Positions 60,804 to 64,000 of a stretch of 64,000 bases of DNA are shown piece by piece. The notes under the pieces are model-generated. The model did not search any database. It was not told the DNA's origin and saw nothing but the letters and a program-made list of their open reading frames with translations. Each line of letters starts with the position of its first letter. The first letter of the stretch is position 1. The stretch is from positions 3,618-67,617 of the forward strand of contig JAFGXV010000035.1 in the NCBI GenBank assembly GCA_016936455.1, given 5' to 3'. This DNA comes from Desulfuromonadaceae bacterium. Its GTDB lineage: Bacteria; Desulfobacterota; Desulfuromonadia; Desulfuromonadales; Desulfuromonadaceae. Position numbers and translations under genes: made by a program.

Positions 60804-61802
60804 TTATTTCAGCAATGCCAGCTGCTGTTCGGCCACCTGGGCCGGCAGGGGCAGATAGCCGTCCTTGACCACGATCTGCTGACCTTCCTTGGACAGGACG
60901 AAGCGGATGAACTCGGCGATCAGCACCGGCAATTCCTCGTTCGGCTTTTTGACCACATTGAGGTAAAGCATACGGCCCAGGGGATACTTGCCGTTGAGCA
61001 CGTTCTCATAGGTCGGCTCGTAAGCGGTTTCGCCATCCTTTTTCGCCAGGGCGATCGCCTTGACGCCGGAGGTGCGATAGCCGATGCCGGAGTAGCCGAT
61101 GGCACCAAGGTCTTCACTGACGGAGAGCACCACGGAAGCCGAACCCGGCTGTTCCTTGACGGTATCCTTGTAGTCACCCTTGAACAGAGCGTGATCCTTG
61201 AAGTAACCATAGGTACCCGAAGCCGAGTTACGGCCGTAGAGGCTGATCGGCATCTGGGCGAAGCGGCCATCAAGGCCGATCTGGCCCCAGGTCAGCAGTT
61301 CTTCCGCGGCACCGCCCTTGCGGTTTTTGGAGAACATGGCGTCGATCTGGGTCAGGGAGAGGGACTGGACGGGGTTATCCTTGTTGACAAACACGCCCAG
61401 GGAGTCCAGCGCCACGCCAATGGTGGTCGGTTTGAAGCCGTAGCGGCCTTCGAACTTCTCGATCTCGCTGGTCTTCATCTTGCGGGACATGGGACCGATC
61501 TGCGCAGTGCCCTCGATCAGTGCCGGCGGTGCGGTGCTGGAACCCTTGCCTTCGATCTGGATATTGACGTTGGGATACTTGGCGCGGAACGCCTCGGCCC
61601 AGAAGGTCATCAGGTTGTTCAGGGTATCGGAACCGACGCTGCTGAGGTTGCCACCAACGCCCTGAACCGACACATAGTCCGCGAGGTTGACATCCACCTC
61701 AACATTGGCTGCCAGCACCGGGGAACCAACGGCCGACGCCACCAGCAGCACCAGTGCCGCCATACTCCGTTTTGCCCATTTCATTGTCTTGCCTGTTGCC
61801 AT
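60804..61802 (-). CDS. pstS: Phosphate-binding protein PstS
   Basis: Signal peptide, GSDTL, GKGSS, SASGTY, YPLGR. Confidence 0.93.
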   Translation of the reverse strand: MATGKTMKWAKRSMAALVLLVASAVGSPVLAANVEVDVNLADYVSVQGVGGNLSSVGSDTLNNLMTFWAEAFRAKYPNVNIQIEGKGSSTAPPALIEGTAQIGPMSRKMKTSEIEKFEGRYGFKPTTIGVALDSLGVFVNKDNPVQSLSLTQIDAMFSKNRKGGAAEELLTWGQIGLDGRFAQMPISLYGRNSASGTYGYFKDHALFKGDYKDTVKEQPGSASVVLSVSEDLGAIGYSGIGYRTSGVKAIALAKKDGETAYEPTYENVLNGKYPLGRMLYLNVVKKPNEELPVLIAEFIRFVLSKEGQQIVVKDGYLPLPAQVAEQQLALLK

Positions 61803-61894
61803 CTCATTGTCTCCTTCGTGTTTTTCTGCAGGGTGTTGCGGAGCGCTGCGGCTGCGCACGCTCCGTTCTGTGTGACACAGGATGCAGAAACCTT

Positions 61895-61932
61895 GTTAGG
61901 AAACGGTTAGGTCTGTATGAGATGACGGCTAG
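61895..61932 (-). promoter_or_regulatory. Pho-box-like tandem direct repeats
   Basis: Minus strand CTAGC, CTCAT, CTAAC, CTAAC at exact 11-bp spacing upstream of pstS. Confidence 0.6.
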
Positions 61933-61956
61933 AAAACGGGCTGAAGCAGCCGCTGA

Positions 61957-62844
61957 TCAGCCCTGGCGCAGACGCCACTGTTCATACTGGCAGCGGATCA
62001 GGCCATCCACCAGGCCGAACTTGGGCACATGCATGGTCTCGATACCCGCCCACTGCAGAACCGCCAGGTAGATCTGACCCGCCGGAACAATGACATCCGC
62101 CCGGTCGGGTTTCAGGCCATAACGCGCCATGCGCTGGTCGACGCTCAGCTCCGCCAGCTGCTGATGGACCTGCTTGAGGCTCTCGGTACTGATCATTTTC
62201 TTGTCGTCTTTTTTCGCGATGCGGTTAAGGCGGTTGATATTGCCGCCGGAGCCGATGGCCAGAGGGTTCACCGGCCGCACCTGCTGTTCCAGCCAGTCCC
62301 GAAGCTGTTCCCAGACCTGGGCATCGAAGGCATTGTGCAGGATGCGCACGGTGCCGATGTTGAACGAACGGGAGCAGACTACCTTGCCCTGCTGGTAGAG
62401 CAGCAGTTCCGTGCTGCCGCCACCGACGTCGATAAACAGATACGACTGCTGCGGGTCCAGCGCATCCTGCACCTGGGAGGAAAACACCATCAGCGCCTCT
62501 TCGCTGCCATCGATGATCTCCAGATTGATGCCGCAGTGACGACTGATCATGTCCACGGTTTCCACACCGTTCTCGGCGTCACGCATGGCGCTGGTGGCAC
62601 AGGCCCGGTAGCTCAGGGGCTCAAACACATCCAGCAGGTGGCGAAAAGACTGCATCGTCTTCATCAGCTTGAACTGCAGCGGCTGCGACAGCCGGTTGTG
62701 CTGGAACACCTCGGCGCCCAGGCGCAACGGCACGCGCAGCAATGCCTCCTTCTGCACCGCCGGTGCGGCGCTGTCCTCATCAACCCGTCCGACCATCAGA
62801 CGCACCGCATTGGAACCCACGTCAATCGCAGCAAACCGTTTCAT
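61957..62844 (-). CDS. ppx: Exopolyphosphatase (short Ppx/GppA)
   Basis: IDVGSNAVR, ATSAMRDA, DVGGGSTE, RADVI. Confidence 0.92.
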   Translation of the reverse strand: MKRFAAIDVGSNAVRLMVGRVDEDSAAPAVQKEALLRVPLRLGAEVFQHNRLSQPLQFKLMKTMQSFRHLLDVFEPLSYRACATSAMRDAENGVETVDMISRHCGINLEIIDGSEEALMVFSSQVQDALDPQQSYLFIDVGGGSTELLLYQQGKVVCSRSFNIGTVRILHNAFDAQVWEQLRDWLEQQVRPVNPLAIGSGGNINRLNRIAKKDDKKMISTESLKQVHQQLAELSVDQRMARYGLKPDRADVIVPAGQIYLAVLQWAGIETMHVPKFGLVDGLIRCQYEQWRLRQG

Positions 62845-64000
62845 TGCCCGCCTTTCTCCCCGTCCTGCCGGGGTTCACCCTGAAGCACCGCCATCAGCGC
62901 CACCTGCGAGCGCAGCGGCAGTTCCGTTTCCGCCCGCGGACGATAGCCATTGCTCATGGCCTCATCCCACAACCGCGCCTTGCAGTTATCGCTCCACTGC
63001 ACATCAAAATACTGGCGCAACTGGTTCTGCACCTCTTTATCGTAGAGGGGAACCGCCACCTCGACCCGCCGATCAAAATTGCGCGGCAACCAGTCGCCCG
63101 AAGAAATAAAATAAAGCGGCGTACCCCGGTTATGAAAGATAAAAAAGCGGCTGTGTTCAAGCAGGCGGTCAACAATGCTGATCGCCTCGATGCGCTCGCT
63201 CAGGCCCTTGATGCCCGGCACCATGGAAAACATACTGCGGGCGACAATCCGCACTGCCACCCCGGCACGGCTGGCCCGGTACAGCAGTTCCGCCATCTCC
63301 GGATCGGCGAAGTTATTGATTTTGATATCGATGCCCGCGACTTCACCGGCCTTGGCGGCGCGGATTTCACTCTGGATCAGACGACGGTACTTGTTGCGCG
63401 CCTGGAACGGCGACACCACCAGGTGGCGAAACATGGGAATACGGTATTTGTTGTCGAACAGTTCAAAGACCTTGTGTACTTCCCCGGTAATGCGCTGATC
63501 CGCGGTCATCAGCAGGTGGTCGGTGTACAGCCGCGCCGTGCCCTCATGGAAATTGCCGGTGCCGACACAGGCATAACGGACCTTTTTCCCTCCTTTGCCG
63601 CCCTTACCAGCCTTGCCACCACTCTCATGGCGCGTAATCAGACACAGCTTGGCATGGACCTTGAGATCAGGCAGGCCATGCACCACCCGCACCCCGTTTT
63701 CACGTAACCGATCCGACCAGAACAGGTTGGCGGCCTCATCGAAACGGGCCTGCAGTTCCACCACCGCGAACACCTTCTTGCCGTTCTGGGCCGCATTGAC
63801 CAGGGCGTTGACGATCTGGCTGTCCTGCGCCAGCCGGTAAGCGGTGATGCGGATCGTAGTCACGCGCGGATCAATGGCCGCCTCCCGCAACAGGTCGATA
63901 AAATGCTCAAAGGTGTGATAGGGGAAATGGCACAGCAGATCGCGCTTGGCGATCTGATCCAGAATGGAGTGGCCGGCCTTTATCTGGGGGTGCGCGACCG
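62841..64000 (-). CDS. ppk1: Polyphosphate kinase 1, C-terminal part (partial, start outside window)
   Basis: HFPYHTF, ELQARFDE, KVHAK, TGNF, DRLLEHSR, RNFDRRVE. Confidence 0.95.
   Translation of the reverse strand, partial: VAHPQIKAGHSILDQIAKRDLLCHFPYHTFEHFIDLLREAAIDPRVTTIRITAYRLAQDSQIVNALVNAAQNGKKVFAVVELQARFDEAANLFWSDRLRENGVRVVHGLPDLKVHAKLCLITRHESGGKAGKGGKGGKKVRYACVGTGNFHEGTARLYTDHLLMTADQRITGEVHKVFELFDNKYRIPMFRHLVVSPFQARNKYRRLIQSEIRAAKAGEVAGIDIKINNFADPEMAELLYRASRAGVAVRIVARSMFSMVPGIKGLSERIEAISIVDRLLEHSRFFIFHNRGTPLYFISSGDWLPRNFDRRVEVAVPLYDKEVQNQLRQYFDVQWSDNCKARLWDEAMSNGYRPRAETELPLRSQVALMAVLQGEPRQDGEKGGQ

Overview
GC-rich chromosomal window with dense coding. The gene set (Geobacter-type sfrAB, sigma54 promoters, acetate transporters) suggests a Desulfuromonadales (Desulfuromonas/Geobacter-like) bacterium; this is inferred, not proven. 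Core content in order: sfrA(partial)-sfrB, yitJ-rpe-rsmB, htpX, fmt-def, nifU-nifS, a 582-aa hypothetical, an MnmM/YtqB-type methylase, rsgA with an ABC exporter pair, sucCD, deaD, a solute-binding lipoprotein/EAL pair, a six-gene TonB2-type energizer, three tandem SatP acetate transporters, efp-epmA with a convergent rhodanese-MauE-KamA/EpmB operon, an ACT protein plus second def, pepA, an orphan histidine kinase, prfC, hemY, a CbpA-like DnaJ, two PilT-like ATPases, a periplasmic-sensor diguanylate cyclase, and ppk1(partial)-ppx-pstSCAB-phoU. I saw no tRNA, rRNA, CRISPR array or mobile element. The best leads are: (1) a candidate ~95-nt sRNA between epmA and epmB, with an anti-Shine-Dalgarno/GU-rich single-stranded segment; (2) the satP triplet, where two copies have full sigma54 promoters sharing one enhancer in opposite orientations and copy 1 carries an in-frame Cys-rich N-terminal domain; (3) a Campylobacter/Helicobacter-type NifS-NifU pair; (4) a PilT pair with a degenerate MshEN-like domain, divergent from a diguanylate cyclase; (5) a protein with two transglutaminase-like motifs. 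All family calls come from motif recognition and remembered homologs; no database search was run.
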